DNA from: Candidatus Micrarchaeota archaeon | Lineage (GTDB): Archaea > Micrarchaeota > Micrarchaeia > Anstonellales > Bilamarchaeaceae | Reading direction: 5' to 3' | NCBI GenBank assembly: GCA_043827025.1 | Contig: JBDRPL010000019.1 | Span: 1 to 64,000, forward strand | Length of the DNA: 64,000 nt | Part shown: in pieces, positions 47,128-56,533 of the stretch | Numbering within the stretch: the first letter of the stretch is position 1 | Layout: every line of letters begins with the position of its first letter | Notes under the pieces: generated by a model | The model's database searches: none | What the model saw: the letters and a program-made list of their open reading frames with translations, nothing else | What the model was told of the DNA's origin: nothing | Position numbers and translations under genes: made by a program

Positions 47128-48807
47128 ATGGCCCAATTAGCAATCAGACGCATTCAGCCTCACGACCTGCCAGATTCAAGCTTTGGTGGAAAAGCATTTG
47201 GTATGAGAAAATTGGCAGTTTGGCTGCCAGATCTTCAGAATGCAGTAGGTAAGGTCAATCCAAGTGCAAGTGTTTTTGTTCCTGCCACTATTGAAATTCC
47301 TGTTGAGGGTTGCAGATCATTTATCCTTGGTCATCAGAAGGTCTTGAGAAGCCTTCGTGATGCTAAGGATGATGAGCTTTTTTCTATAATGCAAAGCCAT
47401 AAATTATCTGCAGTAACTGGACTTTCATGGTTACTTAATGGTCTTAAGGCAGAGCTTGCCCAGGATCCTTTTGCAAATGCATCTGCATTGGCCATTCGCT
47501 CAAGTGCAATTGGTGAAGACAGTGCAAAGGATCCAAGGGCAGGCATTTATTCGACTGTTTCAATGGCTTTGCCGCAAGGGACTCCTAAAGACAGATTAAA
47601 GGCAGTGCTTGATGGCGTAAAAGGTGTTTGGGCATCTTTTTTCAGTCAGCTTGCCAGAACGTATGTGGGTAATGAGCATGAGATTTGGACTCCTGGAGAG
47701 GGAGGCATGGGTGTCATCATCCAGCCAATAGTTGGTTCTCGCTTTTCTACAGATGGGGCGCAATTTTTTGCACCGCATTGCGCAGGCCAGTTTTGTTCAG
47801 TCGATCCTTATATAAAATTATTTTCCAATCCAGTTGTAAGTCTTGTTTTTGGGCATGGAACTACAGTTGTTGATGGTGAAGTAATCCCACAGACACTTCA
47901 CCTGGTTGACAAAACAGGCAATAACCAAGAAGGAATAGATCAACCATTTGCTCGCGCAATTGATCTTTCAGTTGTTGATGGGTCAGATGCGCTCAGGAGA
48001 ATTCATCTTATGGGAAACCTTCGAACAATTCTGTCACAAGATCCTGGTTTTGAACTGGCTCTTGAATACAGTTCACCTAAGCTCGGCAAGGCACCATACG
48101 TTAACATTAAGAGATTGCTTTCATTAGGCATAGAAGGTGTGCTGTTTGCAATTCACAATAAACTAAGGTCTTTCATGGATGGCTCAGTTGATGTGGAATT
48201 CGCATTAATGTCTGGAAAAGAACCTGGAAATTGGGAGATACATTTGGTTCAGGTAAGGCGTGATGTAACCGTTGATGCTTCAAGCCAAATGGTCCTGCCT
48301 GCAGAATCCGGAGCAATTGAATCCAGCGTTTTCGTAGGTCACGGAATTAATGAAGGAATACGAAAGATAGTTGTTTTAGATGAAAACACAATTCCGAATC
48401 AGCAATTCTGGGATTCATTAAGGAAACTGAACGAATTAGCTTCTGGAGATGGCGCACTACTTATTACCTCGGGAATTGCAGGCACCTCTAACCCTAAGCT
48501 TGGCATTCCATTTAATTTTACCCATGTTTCCCATTTTTCATGCATACTCGAAGGCAAGAGAAATGGCAAAGTGATTGCCTCATCTCCTGCAACTCATTTT
48601 CTGAGAGGCTTGATTTCAAAGAAAATAGTTTTTGGTTGTGTTGATGGTGACAGAGGAGCAGTTGATCTTGAACAGATTAAGCAGAGTTCATCGCATATTG
48701 AAAGAGTAGGGCAGTACATAACTGTTTATACGTTGGAAATTCCAGCAACACTTTACGCAAACAAGAATCTTGAGTTTGGACCGGTAAGGCTTTCGCTGCA
48801 GCTCTAG
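47128..48807 (+). CDS. Stand-alone PEP/pyruvate-binding (PPDK/PEP-synthase N-terminal ATP-grasp) domain protein
   Basis: GGKAFG, AIRSSAIGED, AGIYST, MGVIIQPIVG, VFGHG, VDVEFA, LVQVR, S.ATHF. Confidence 0.82.
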   Translation: MAQLAIRRIQPHDLPDSSFGGKAFGMRKLAVWLPDLQNAVGKVNPSASVFVPATIEIPVEGCRSFILGHQKVLRSLRDAKDDELFSIMQSHKLSAVTGLSWLLNGLKAELAQDPFANASALAIRSSAIGEDSAKDPRAGIYSTVSMALPQGTPKDRLKAVLDGVKGVWASFFSQLARTYVGNEHEIWTPGEGGMGVIIQPIVGSRFSTDGAQFFAPHCAGQFCSVDPYIKLFSNPVVSLVFGHGTTVVDGEVIPQTLHLVDKTGNNQEGIDQPFARAIDLSVVDGSDALRRIHLMGNLRTILSQDPGFELALEYSSPKLGKAPYVNIKRLLSLGIEGVLFAIHNKLRSFMDGSVDVEFALMSGKEPGNWEIHLVQVRRDVTVDASSQMVLPAESGAIESSVFVGHGINEGIRKIVVLDENTIPNQQFWDSLRKLNELASGDGALLITSGIAGTSNPKLGIPFNFTHVSHFSCILEGKRNGKVIASSPATHFLRGLISKKIVFGCVDGDRGAVDLEQIKQSSSHIERVGQYITVYTLEIPATLYANKNLEFGPVRLSLQL

Positions 48808-48827
48808 GTACTTAGAAAAAGAACATA

Positions 48828-49038
48828 CGCCCCCGTCGGGGATTTCGCTTCGTTTTTTGGTGCCGGTTTTTAGGCATCCCGAAAAAGCGGCTTCGAACCC
48901 GAGTCGGAAGAGGACTGTAAACCTTGGAAAGAGTTGTTTGATGAAACGTTTTCCAAAAAGTTTCTGACAGTCTCCTATGCTAACCACTGTGTGCTTTGAG
49001 TATCTCTAAAAGTACTCAAAACTCTACACTACAGGGGC
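48828..49038 (-). tRNA. tRNA-Asp(GTC) with three introns: 37 nt at 15/16 (48987-49023), 52 nt at 37/38 (48913-48964), 50 nt at 59/60 (48842-48891)
   Basis: GCCCCTG/CGGGGGC-G; GGAGA-CT-GTC-A|C-TCTTC; central helices GTGT/ACAC, CTGT/ACAG and TTCG/CGAA. Confidence 0.92.
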
Positions 49039-49096
49039 GTAGAAACAAAATTATGACTCATTAGTTTTATAAATCTATTTTTCGAAGTTACTCTCT

Positions 49097-49813
49097 ATGA
49101 AAAAACTCCTTTTATTCCTTGTGGTAATTGCGCTACTGTTTGCTCCTTATCCTCAATATTATGGATATGTGAATGATTATGCAAACGTTCTTTCCCCTCA
49201 ATACAAGGCTGGATTAGAGCAGAAGATCTCCGACTTCGAAAGAAATTCTTCTGTTGAGATTGCAGTTGTCATTTTGCCTCAGCTGGCGGATCCAAATGAT
49301 CCGAAAATTCCTGCCGACATAAATATCTATGCAGCAGAACTCTTCCACGAGTGGAAGATAGGGAAGAAAGGCGAGGATAATGGTATCCTTCTTTTGATTG
49401 CCATGAATGACAAAAAGCTTAGGCTAGAAGTAGGTTATGGGCTTGAAGGCACTATTCCAGATACAATTGCAAAAAAGATAATTGATAATGAAATAACCCC
49501 TTATTTCAAGGAGGGTAGGTATGATGAAGGTGTCATGAATGGAGTTGATAAAATTATCGAAACCATACAAAAAAAAGGTTATACTCCAACTGTAAAGAAA
49601 GATGACGAGGACTTCATGTGCTTCCTTGCAGTATTCCTTGGCATTTTCCTTTTCATAATTATCATCTTTGTAATCACCATGAAGTATGGCAAGGGCGGAG
49701 GCTATAGTCACGGAGGGGGTGGCTGGTCTTCTGGCAGAGGACATTCCTCAGGAGGGGGCCACAGTTTCGGAGGCGGATTCTCCGGCGGTGGAGGGTCATC
49801 AGGCGGATGGTAA
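49097..49813 (+). CDS. TPM-domain (YgcG-like) membrane protein
   Basis: YVNDYANVLS, WKIGKKGEDNGILLL, EVGYGLEGTIPD, Gly-rich tail ending GGW. Confidence 0.93.
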   Translation: MKKLLLFLVVIALLFAPYPQYYGYVNDYANVLSPQYKAGLEQKISDFERNSSVEIAVVILPQLADPNDPKIPADINIYAAELFHEWKIGKKGEDNGILLLIAMNDKKLRLEVGYGLEGTIPDTIAKKIIDNEITPYFKEGRYDEGVMNGVDKIIETIQKKGYTPTVKKDDEDFMCFLAVFLGIFLFIIIIFVITMKYGKGGGYSHGGGGWSSGRGHSSGGGHSFGGGFSGGGGSSGGW

Positions 49814-50052
49814 TTCTTCATTCCACTAAAAAAGATTTACTCCTGATTTTTGCTGCGCTTGCAGTTGGTGCATTGATTTGGTTTTATGATTTTGCGTTGC
49901 TGACTATCATACTTTTTGTTTTACTTCTCTTATTCGTGCTGTTCCTCGTTTTCAAAGGCAAGGGCAGTCGTGGAGGCAGAGGCTGGTCATCAGGCGGCTC
50001 AAGTTTTGGCGGTGGAAGATCAGGCGGCGGCGGAGCATCAGGCAGATGGTAG
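49807..50052 (+). CDS. Small membrane protein with TPM-type Gly-rich tail
   Basis: Two TM segments then FGGGRSGGGGASGRW. Confidence 0.7.
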   Translation: MVILHSTKKDLLLIFAALAVGALIWFYDFALLTIILFVLLLLFVLFLVFKGKGSRGGRGWSSGGSSFGGGRSGGGGASGRW

Positions 50053-50095
50053 GATTTTTAAATAATGATTATAATATCTATGTGAGGATGATTCA

Positions 50096-50692
50096 ATGGC
50101 AGATACTAAATTAGGAGGAGCAGGCACGATTATAGTCGTTGCAGTCCTGCTGGTAATCATATTGGTACTTTCTATAGCGTTGGTCAGCGTCTATAATAAT
50201 TTCATAAAGCTCAATACTGAGGCTGACAATAGGTGGGCATATGTTCAGACTGTTTATCAGGAAAGATTCGATCTTATACCGAGAATCGTACAGTCCGTAA
50301 CTGCTCAAACAAAGGCTGAGAAAGATATATTGGATGGAATCGCGAATGCGAGAACTAATTACATGAATGCGAAGACTGTTGACGGACAGGTTGCCGCAGC
50401 GCAACAGCTGGACAATGTTTTTCTCAAGTTGAATGCACTGTCAATTACGGAAAACTATCCTAATGTGCAGTTTGCGCAGGCATTTGCAGACTTCCGAACT
50501 ATCTATGAAGGCCAGGAAAACAGGATAAGGGTCGAGAGAAATCGCTACAATGAGGCAATAAAAGAATACAATGTGGCTGTTTTGACCTTCCCGGGAAACT
50601 TCATGGCAGGTATATTCGGTTTCCAGAAGAGAATGATGTTCGAAGCACAGCAAGGAGCAGAGAATGCACCTGATCTGAACTTCAACATCTAA
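50096..50692 (+). CDS. lemA: LemA family protein
   Basis: YQERFDLIP, ENYP, ENRIRVERNRYN, FPGN. Confidence 0.95.
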   Translation: MADTKLGGAGTIIVVAVLLVIILVLSIALVSVYNNFIKLNTEADNRWAYVQTVYQERFDLIPRIVQSVTAQTKAEKDILDGIANARTNYMNAKTVDGQVAAAQQLDNVFLKLNALSITENYPNVQFAQAFADFRTIYEGQENRIRVERNRYNEAIKEYNVAVLTFPGNFMAGIFGFQKRMMFEAQQGAENAPDLNFNI

Positions 50693-50727
50693 TCTTTTTC
50701 TTATTTTCTTCTGGTCTGTTTAGGTCA

Positions 50728-53031
50728 TCAGGCTTTTAGTTCGCTTCCTTTCTTCACTTTATTTACTTTGCTTATTGCCTTCAGTTCTTCAATCAGTTCA
50801 TTATCAAGGTCAGCAACAGTAACTTCGTTCAATTCAGATGCCTGGCTCAGTTGTTTCTTTGATTTATATTGCCTTACGAATGAAACAGCTTCCTTCAACC
50901 TTTCGACTTGCCCGATGACTTCTGAATTTATTTCTCCGTATTCTGGCCATCGGATCGTCTGCAGGCTTTTCTTCTCAAACAATTCGCTATAAATTTCTTC
51001 GCAGATGTGCGGAGATATCGGAGCAAGTATCTTCACTGTGTTTTCAAGAACGTATCTGAGGCAATACTGCGCTTCCTGTTTGTCAATGTTATTATATGTC
51101 CTATACTTGATGTATTCGAGATAATGGTCGCAGAATTCGTTCCAGAAGAATTTCTGTATTGCACTTGCAGCCAGATGGAATTCGAATTTTTCCATTGCCT
51201 CAGTCACTTCCTTTATTGCCTGGTTCATCCTGCTTATTATCCAAATATCCACCTTTCTTTTCAAATGCACTTTCTTTCCATCAAAGTCAGACGTTGAACT
51301 CTCAACGAATTTTGCTGCGTTCCATACCTTGTTCAAGAAGGATTTTGCATATCTTATGTCTTCGTAGCTGAACGGCCTGTCCTTTGCCATTGCTCCGCTC
51401 ATTGCTGCCCATTGCCTTATGGCATCCACTGGATATTCGAACTGAAGAGTTGCTGGTGAAATTATGTTCCCAAGGCTTTTGCTCATCTTCTTGCCGTCAG
51501 GCGCAAGCACATTCCCGTTCAATAATATCTTCTTGAAAGGCGCTTTTCCAGTAAGGAATCCGCTTCTGTAAATTGTATAGAATGCCCATGTCCTCACAAT
51601 CTCCACACCCTGGGGCCTGAGAGAAACAGGATAAACTTTGTCAAACATCTTTTTGTTGTCAGGCCATCCTGAAATCACCAAAGGAGTTATGGATGAATCA
51701 ACCCAACAATCGCAGGTGCTTGTTTCTGCTTTCATGACTTCCCCGCAGCAACATTTCATTTCCTTTGCCTTCTCTGGATAGAATGGCAATTCTTCTGCAG
51801 GCTCTGTCTTGGTGCATTTTTCACAATAGTAGAATGGAAGCGGTGTTCCGAATACTCTCTGTCGTGAAATGACCCAGTCCCATTCTGCCCCTTCTACCCA
51901 GTCGATCAGATAGTTTATGCCGAAATTTGGCACCCATTCTATCTGGTGCGCCAGTTCCTTTATCTTTTTGCCAGTTGTCCTTATATCTGCGAACCATTGC
52001 ATTGAAGTTAAGAGTTCAATTGCAGTTCTGCATCGGTCATGCACTTTCACAGTTTGTTTCAAAGGCTCTTGTTTGGTTATCTTGCCTTCAGCCTTTAGTT
52101 TTTCAATAGTCTTCTTCTTTGCTTCCTCTGTTTTAATGCCATCAAATTCTCCGCTGTTTATCATTTTTCCATTATGGCCTATTGCATTCACTATTGGCAA
52201 ATGGTGCCTATGCATCCAGACAACATCCATTTTGTCTCCGAATGTGCAGACCATGAGCAATCCAGTGCCAAACTCCTTTTCAACATCCTTGTCTTCAAGA
52301 ATTGGAACTTCCTTTCCAAGGGCAGTCTTTGCCTTTTTCCCCTTAAGGTGGACATACCTCTTGTCTTCAGGGTTGTAAAGCAGTGCAACGCACGCATTCA
52401 TTAACTCCGGCCTTGTAGTTGCAATCAACAAGTCCTCGCCTTTTGGGCCTGTGAATTTTATGTGATTGAGCATCCCGTCCCTCTCAACATCGTCAAGCTC
52501 TGCCTTTGCAATTGCAGACATGCATTTCGTGCACCAGTAAACAGGATATTCATTCCTATATACTAATTTGTCCTTATACATCTGTATTAGTGAAAGCTGC
52601 ACTTTCTTGTGGTATTCAGGATCCATTGTTTTGTATTCATATCTCCAGTCTGGAGACCATCCCATGTCATTCATCTGCTCTTTCATCTTTGCAATCATTT
52701 CATGCGTCCACTCGACGCATCTTTCCCTGAATTCTTTTGATGGAAGTCTGCCGTACTTCTTTTCTACCTTTGTTTCAGTTGGAAAACCTTGAGTGTCCCA
52801 TCCTTGGGGGTAATACACATTGAACCCGTGCATCCTTTTGTAGCGTGCAACGAAGTCGAAATAGGAATAGCTTAGCACATGGCCCATGTGTAATTCTCCA
52901 CTTGTGAATGGCGGAGGTGTGTCTATGGAATATATCTTGCCTTTTGCATCCAGGTTGAACTGGTGTATTTTATTGTCATTCCAGTATTTTTGCCATTTTT
53001 TCTCTGTTTCCTTATCATATTTTCCGAGCAT
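50728..53031 (-). CDS. valS: Valyl-tRNA synthetase (archaeal type)
   Basis: IDTPPPFTSGELHMGH, DWVISRQR, LRPQG, KMSKS. Confidence 0.97.
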   Translation of the reverse strand: MLGKYDKETEKKWQKYWNDNKIHQFNLDAKGKIYSIDTPPPFTSGELHMGHVLSYSYFDFVARYKRMHGFNVYYPQGWDTQGFPTETKVEKKYGRLPSKEFRERCVEWTHEMIAKMKEQMNDMGWSPDWRYEYKTMDPEYHKKVQLSLIQMYKDKLVYRNEYPVYWCTKCMSAIAKAELDDVERDGMLNHIKFTGPKGEDLLIATTRPELMNACVALLYNPEDKRYVHLKGKKAKTALGKEVPILEDKDVEKEFGTGLLMVCTFGDKMDVVWMHRHHLPIVNAIGHNGKMINSGEFDGIKTEEAKKKTIEKLKAEGKITKQEPLKQTVKVHDRCRTAIELLTSMQWFADIRTTGKKIKELAHQIEWVPNFGINYLIDWVEGAEWDWVISRQRVFGTPLPFYYCEKCTKTEPAEELPFYPEKAKEMKCCCGEVMKAETSTCDCWVDSSITPLVISGWPDNKKMFDKVYPVSLRPQGVEIVRTWAFYTIYRSGFLTGKAPFKKILLNGNVLAPDGKKMSKSLGNIISPATLQFEYPVDAIRQWAAMSGAMAKDRPFSYEDIRYAKSFLNKVWNAAKFVESSTSDFDGKKVHLKRKVDIWIISRMNQAIKEVTEAMEKFEFHLAASAIQKFFWNEFCDHYLEYIKYRTYNNIDKQEAQYCLRYVLENTVKILAPISPHICEEIYSELFEKKSLQTIRWPEYGEINSEVIGQVERLKEAVSFVRQYKSKKQLSQASELNEVTVADLDNELIEELKAISKVNKVKKGSELKA

Positions 53032-53107
53032 ATTATCCCTTTACACCACAATCTTTTTTACCTAATTATATGGGAACATTTAAAAGAATCTTCCTAGATA
53101 TCTTTTT

Positions 53108-55729
53108 ATGAAAAAATACTTGTTATTTCTGCTTTTGCTTGGAAGCTTGGTGAATTCGGCCCTTATTCGGGTTGATCTTTCAGAATCTATAGTGGGGTAT
53201 GCCGAAAAAGAGGCAATAAAAATCGGTGAATATGATTTCCTAGTGTTTGACCATATAAACAGTAAGCTAGGTCCAGGGGGCATTCAGCTTGCTACATCTG
53301 TTGATGTAAAAATTTATCATGCGCAGGGAGGAGTCACATCTCTTTATTCTTCAGTGACTTTGGTTCCTGGCCAGGACATTGAATTTAGGTTGCCAAGCAC
53401 AGGTGCCCTTCCATTTCCGGAAGAAGCAGGGTCTGGGATAGTAACAATCGATCGTCTCTCAGTGTTTCCTGCGAAGGAAATTGATTTCACTTTGATTGCG
53501 CCATTTGTCCATAAATGTACGGAACTTGTCGAACCAAATCTTTTAGTAAAGAATACTGTGACTGCAGATTCTTATACATTTGAGTACTCTGAACATTTTC
53601 CTGGCTGCGCCGTTGGTGAATTTTGTGGAAACCAGGGGTTGCCTGAGGACCTTGGCGTTACTAAAAGCCGTTTATTTGCAACGCTTGAAACCAGCGATTC
53701 TGCGTTTGATATGTGTACTGGAGCTACAACCATTAGGGAAGTGAGTTGTACTAATATGTACAACCCAAAAATTGTGGAATTAAATTGTCCTGAAGCACTG
53801 GTTTGCAGTGAGGGTGCATGTGTTTTGCCTTCAACTGTTTGTGGAGGGGCGTGGAGGGGATTCAATAGTGCATTCGAGCAGGCTTCCCAGGAAAATGTCT
53901 TTTTCAAGTTCAATGCAGGTGCATTCAAAGCGGCTGATGTAAAATGCGCAGGAGGATATGTTCCATTGACAATGACTTCAGGAACCAATTATCTTGCAAC
54001 TACCAATCAGAATGATGAGGCAGTTCATTTAAATTCATTTAACTTGTGTGTCGAGAGGGGTATGCGGCCATTCTCTTTTTGGCAGTTTTCCCGTGACATG
54101 TACTTTGTCAGTGCCTTTTCCTGCCAGAGAGCAGCAAATAGTTTTGAATTCAAGCTTGTTTCGAAGAAAGTCTCTCCAACATGCAGCGGTCCTTCTCTTA
54201 ATCAACTAAATACTGCAGTAAATGGAAATACGAAATTCCGATATGACTCAGGCACTGGCTATTACCTGACTTTCTTCCATCCGGACGTCTGTTCAGGAAA
54301 CAGTGTCACTGAGAAATATTGCGATGGTAATTCTATAAAAGATAAGACAACTGTATGTCCTGTAGGTACTCTTTGCAGTGATGGTGCATGTGTGCAGGCT
54401 GCTGAGGTTGAATGCCAGGTCACCAGGGACTGCCAAATGAATTTCAGGGTATGTCTCAATGGCAAGTGCGAAGCAAGAGGTGTTGTGGCATGCGTTGACG
54501 ATAGTGCCTGCAGCGGAATTACAGTATGCCATGGAGATGGATTTTGTAGTATGTTGTGCAGGGACAGTAGCAACTGTGCTGAGGGATTTTTCTGCGATCA
54601 AGAGGGGCGCTGTATTGATCATCAATTGCAATGCCAGATAGATTCTGACTGCCCAGAAAATGGCCAGGTCTGCCAGAACAACCAGTGCGTTCTTCCAGGT
54701 GCAGTCCAATGTCAGAACAACAATGATTGCGATGACGATGAAAAATGCGACAATGGCATATGCGTAGTTGATCCGAACAAGATTTCCTATTGCCAGGGCA
54801 ATGAACTTGGTGTTGGGGATCCGCTGAATGTTGGCGACTATTCATTCTTGTTCAGTACTATTCTCCCAGGTGTGGATTGCAATAAAGCCAAGATAAAGAT
54901 ATATCAGAATGGCGTACTTAAGGACACTATAACCGAATGCCCGAAAGATGGGATATACACAACATCAATCAACGGCGATAACATTGCCATGAGGATGTGC
55001 CGAGTTGACAATGCAAATGATATGGGAGTGTTCCAGTTTTCTGTAAATGGCCAAGGGTTATTAGTAAGCACTTGCGAGGATACTGACAGCGGAATGGACC
55101 TTTATAAAAAAGGGGTCACAACTTATGGCGTGAAGGATCTAAATGGGGCATTCATTGATACATCTACAGTCAGGGATGCCTGCGTGGATGCAGTGTCAGT
55201 GAGAAAATATTATTGCGATCCCCTTAACACTGCAAAAAGCACAGTCGTCCAGTGTCCTAATGATGGAGTTTGTAATGATGGCGTATGCAGTATCGGCAAG
55301 AAGCAGATAAATGTCACATTCGAGAAAGGCTGGAATCTGTTTTCAGTGCCTCTTGACAAGACAACAAAGTCTGTTTCAAGCTGTGGCCAGATGGACTTGT
55401 GGACCTATGATAATTCACTGAGCAAATATGTCCAAGTTGATTCGATGCTTTCTGGAAAAAGTTATTGGGGTTATGTCAGTAGCAAGTGCCAGATGACTTT
55501 TGAAGGAGAAGGACTTAACATAAATGGATTGCAATTAAAGAAGGGTTGGAACCAGATTCCATCTTCATTTGTCCAACAGAAGCTTGATGACCTTCTTTTG
55601 CTATGCAATGTAGCTCATGGGCCTTGGACATATGATACTCTGCAAAATACATACATACTTGCGCAGAATTCAGTTCCAGGAAAAGGATATTTTGTCAAGG
55701 TTGGTGCAGACTGCAAACTGGAGGGATGA
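53108..55729 (+). CDS. Large secreted Cys-rich surface protein
   Basis: Signal peptide; tandem CxxxxDC repeats; CxDxDxG module; two KGWN C-terminal repeats. Confidence 0.75.
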   Translation: MKKYLLFLLLLGSLVNSALIRVDLSESIVGYAEKEAIKIGEYDFLVFDHINSKLGPGGIQLATSVDVKIYHAQGGVTSLYSSVTLVPGQDIEFRLPSTGALPFPEEAGSGIVTIDRLSVFPAKEIDFTLIAPFVHKCTELVEPNLLVKNTVTADSYTFEYSEHFPGCAVGEFCGNQGLPEDLGVTKSRLFATLETSDSAFDMCTGATTIREVSCTNMYNPKIVELNCPEALVCSEGACVLPSTVCGGAWRGFNSAFEQASQENVFFKFNAGAFKAADVKCAGGYVPLTMTSGTNYLATTNQNDEAVHLNSFNLCVERGMRPFSFWQFSRDMYFVSAFSCQRAANSFEFKLVSKKVSPTCSGPSLNQLNTAVNGNTKFRYDSGTGYYLTFFHPDVCSGNSVTEKYCDGNSIKDKTTVCPVGTLCSDGACVQAAEVECQVTRDCQMNFRVCLNGKCEARGVVACVDDSACSGITVCHGDGFCSMLCRDSSNCAEGFFCDQEGRCIDHQLQCQIDSDCPENGQVCQNNQCVLPGAVQCQNNNDCDDDEKCDNGICVVDPNKISYCQGNELGVGDPLNVGDYSFLFSTILPGVDCNKAKIKIYQNGVLKDTITECPKDGIYTTSINGDNIAMRMCRVDNANDMGVFQFSVNGQGLLVSTCEDTDSGMDLYKKGVTTYGVKDLNGAFIDTSTVRDACVDAVSVRKYYCDPLNTAKSTVVQCPNDGVCNDGVCSIGKKQINVTFEKGWNLFSVPLDKTTKSVSSCGQMDLWTYDNSLSKYVQVDSMLSGKSYWGYVSSKCQMTFEGEGLNINGLQLKKGWNQIPSSFVQQKLDDLLLLCNVAHGPWTYDTLQNTYILAQNSVPGKGYFVKVGADCKLEG

Positions 55730-55732
55730 AAA

Positions 55733-56116
55733 ATGACAGATGATGATAAACTCGACGAATTAGCAGAGGATTTCAAAGAAGAATCCGAAGATTATGAAGC
55801 AGAGAAAAAAGAGAAAATTGAGAAGGCAAAGGAAAAAATTCTGCAATCAAGGAAAACAAAAGATTTGGAAGAGCCTGAAACTGTTGAGGTTCAGAAGAAT
55901 TCAAAGACCGGAATGTGGTTTGTGGTTGCAATCATTGTTTTTCTGATTATTCTTGGGGCTGCATATATTGCAGTTAATCAGGGCATGTTTGGACCAGCAA
56001 CTCCGGTACATGTAAATCAGACCAATACTACAATTGTCCAGCCACCTGTTAACGATTCAGTGGTTCCGGCAAACAATGTTCCACCACCATTGCCAGATGA
56101 ATTCTTTGGGCAGTGA
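55733..56116 (+). CDS. Small single-TM protein with acidic N-terminus and Pro-rich tail
   Basis: 127-aa ORF directly following the surface protein gene. Confidence 0.65.
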   Translation: MTDDDKLDELAEDFKEESEDYEAEKKEKIEKAKEKILQSRKTKDLEEPETVEVQKNSKTGMWFVVAIIVFLIILGAAYIAVNQGMFGPATPVHVNQTNTTIVQPPVNDSVVPANNVPPPLPDEFFGQ

Positions 56117-56533
56117 TTATTTTTTATTTATTTTTTCAGTGGTTATAAGGCCAAAAGCCCTTTTTCTCAAAACCTCAGCATCGTTTTCATTGAAAAATAT
56201 CTTTTCCGGTAACCTATTCTTTTCAAGCACTTTCTGGAACTCTACAAATTCTTCTTTTGTCAAGTGTACCATAAACTTCTTTCCATATCCGTACGACTCA
56301 AACAAGGCTCCCTTTTCATCGTACAAAGCCAAGTCAGGAATCTTGGAATCTATATATATGCTGACCAGTTTCTTTACTTCTTCCTTTGTTATTTCTCTTC
56401 TTCGCGAAGTTATTTGGAATTCTGTCTGAAGTTGAGTGGCTTTCTTTGCAAGATATTCTAGCATGACCTTTAGCAATATGCGCATATCCACGCCCTTCAT
56501 GTATTCCTCATTTAAGTAATATGTGTCTCTCAT
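56117..56533 (-). CDS. Hypothetical protein
   Basis: ATGA-coupled to the MBL gene. Confidence 0.65.
   Translation of the reverse strand: MRDTYYLNEEYMKGVDMRILLKVMLEYLAKKATQLQTEFQITSRRREITKEEVKKLVSIYIDSKIPDLALYDEKGALFESYGYGKKFMVHLTKEEFVEFQKVLEKNRLPEKIFFNENDAEVLRKRAFGLITTEKINKK

Noticed and set aside
48688..48987. 99-aa minus-strand ORF
   Set aside because: It coincides with tRNA-Asp exons and introns.
49690..50050. GC-rich GGN repeats as a DNA repeat array
   Set aside because: Explained by the Gly-rich protein tails.
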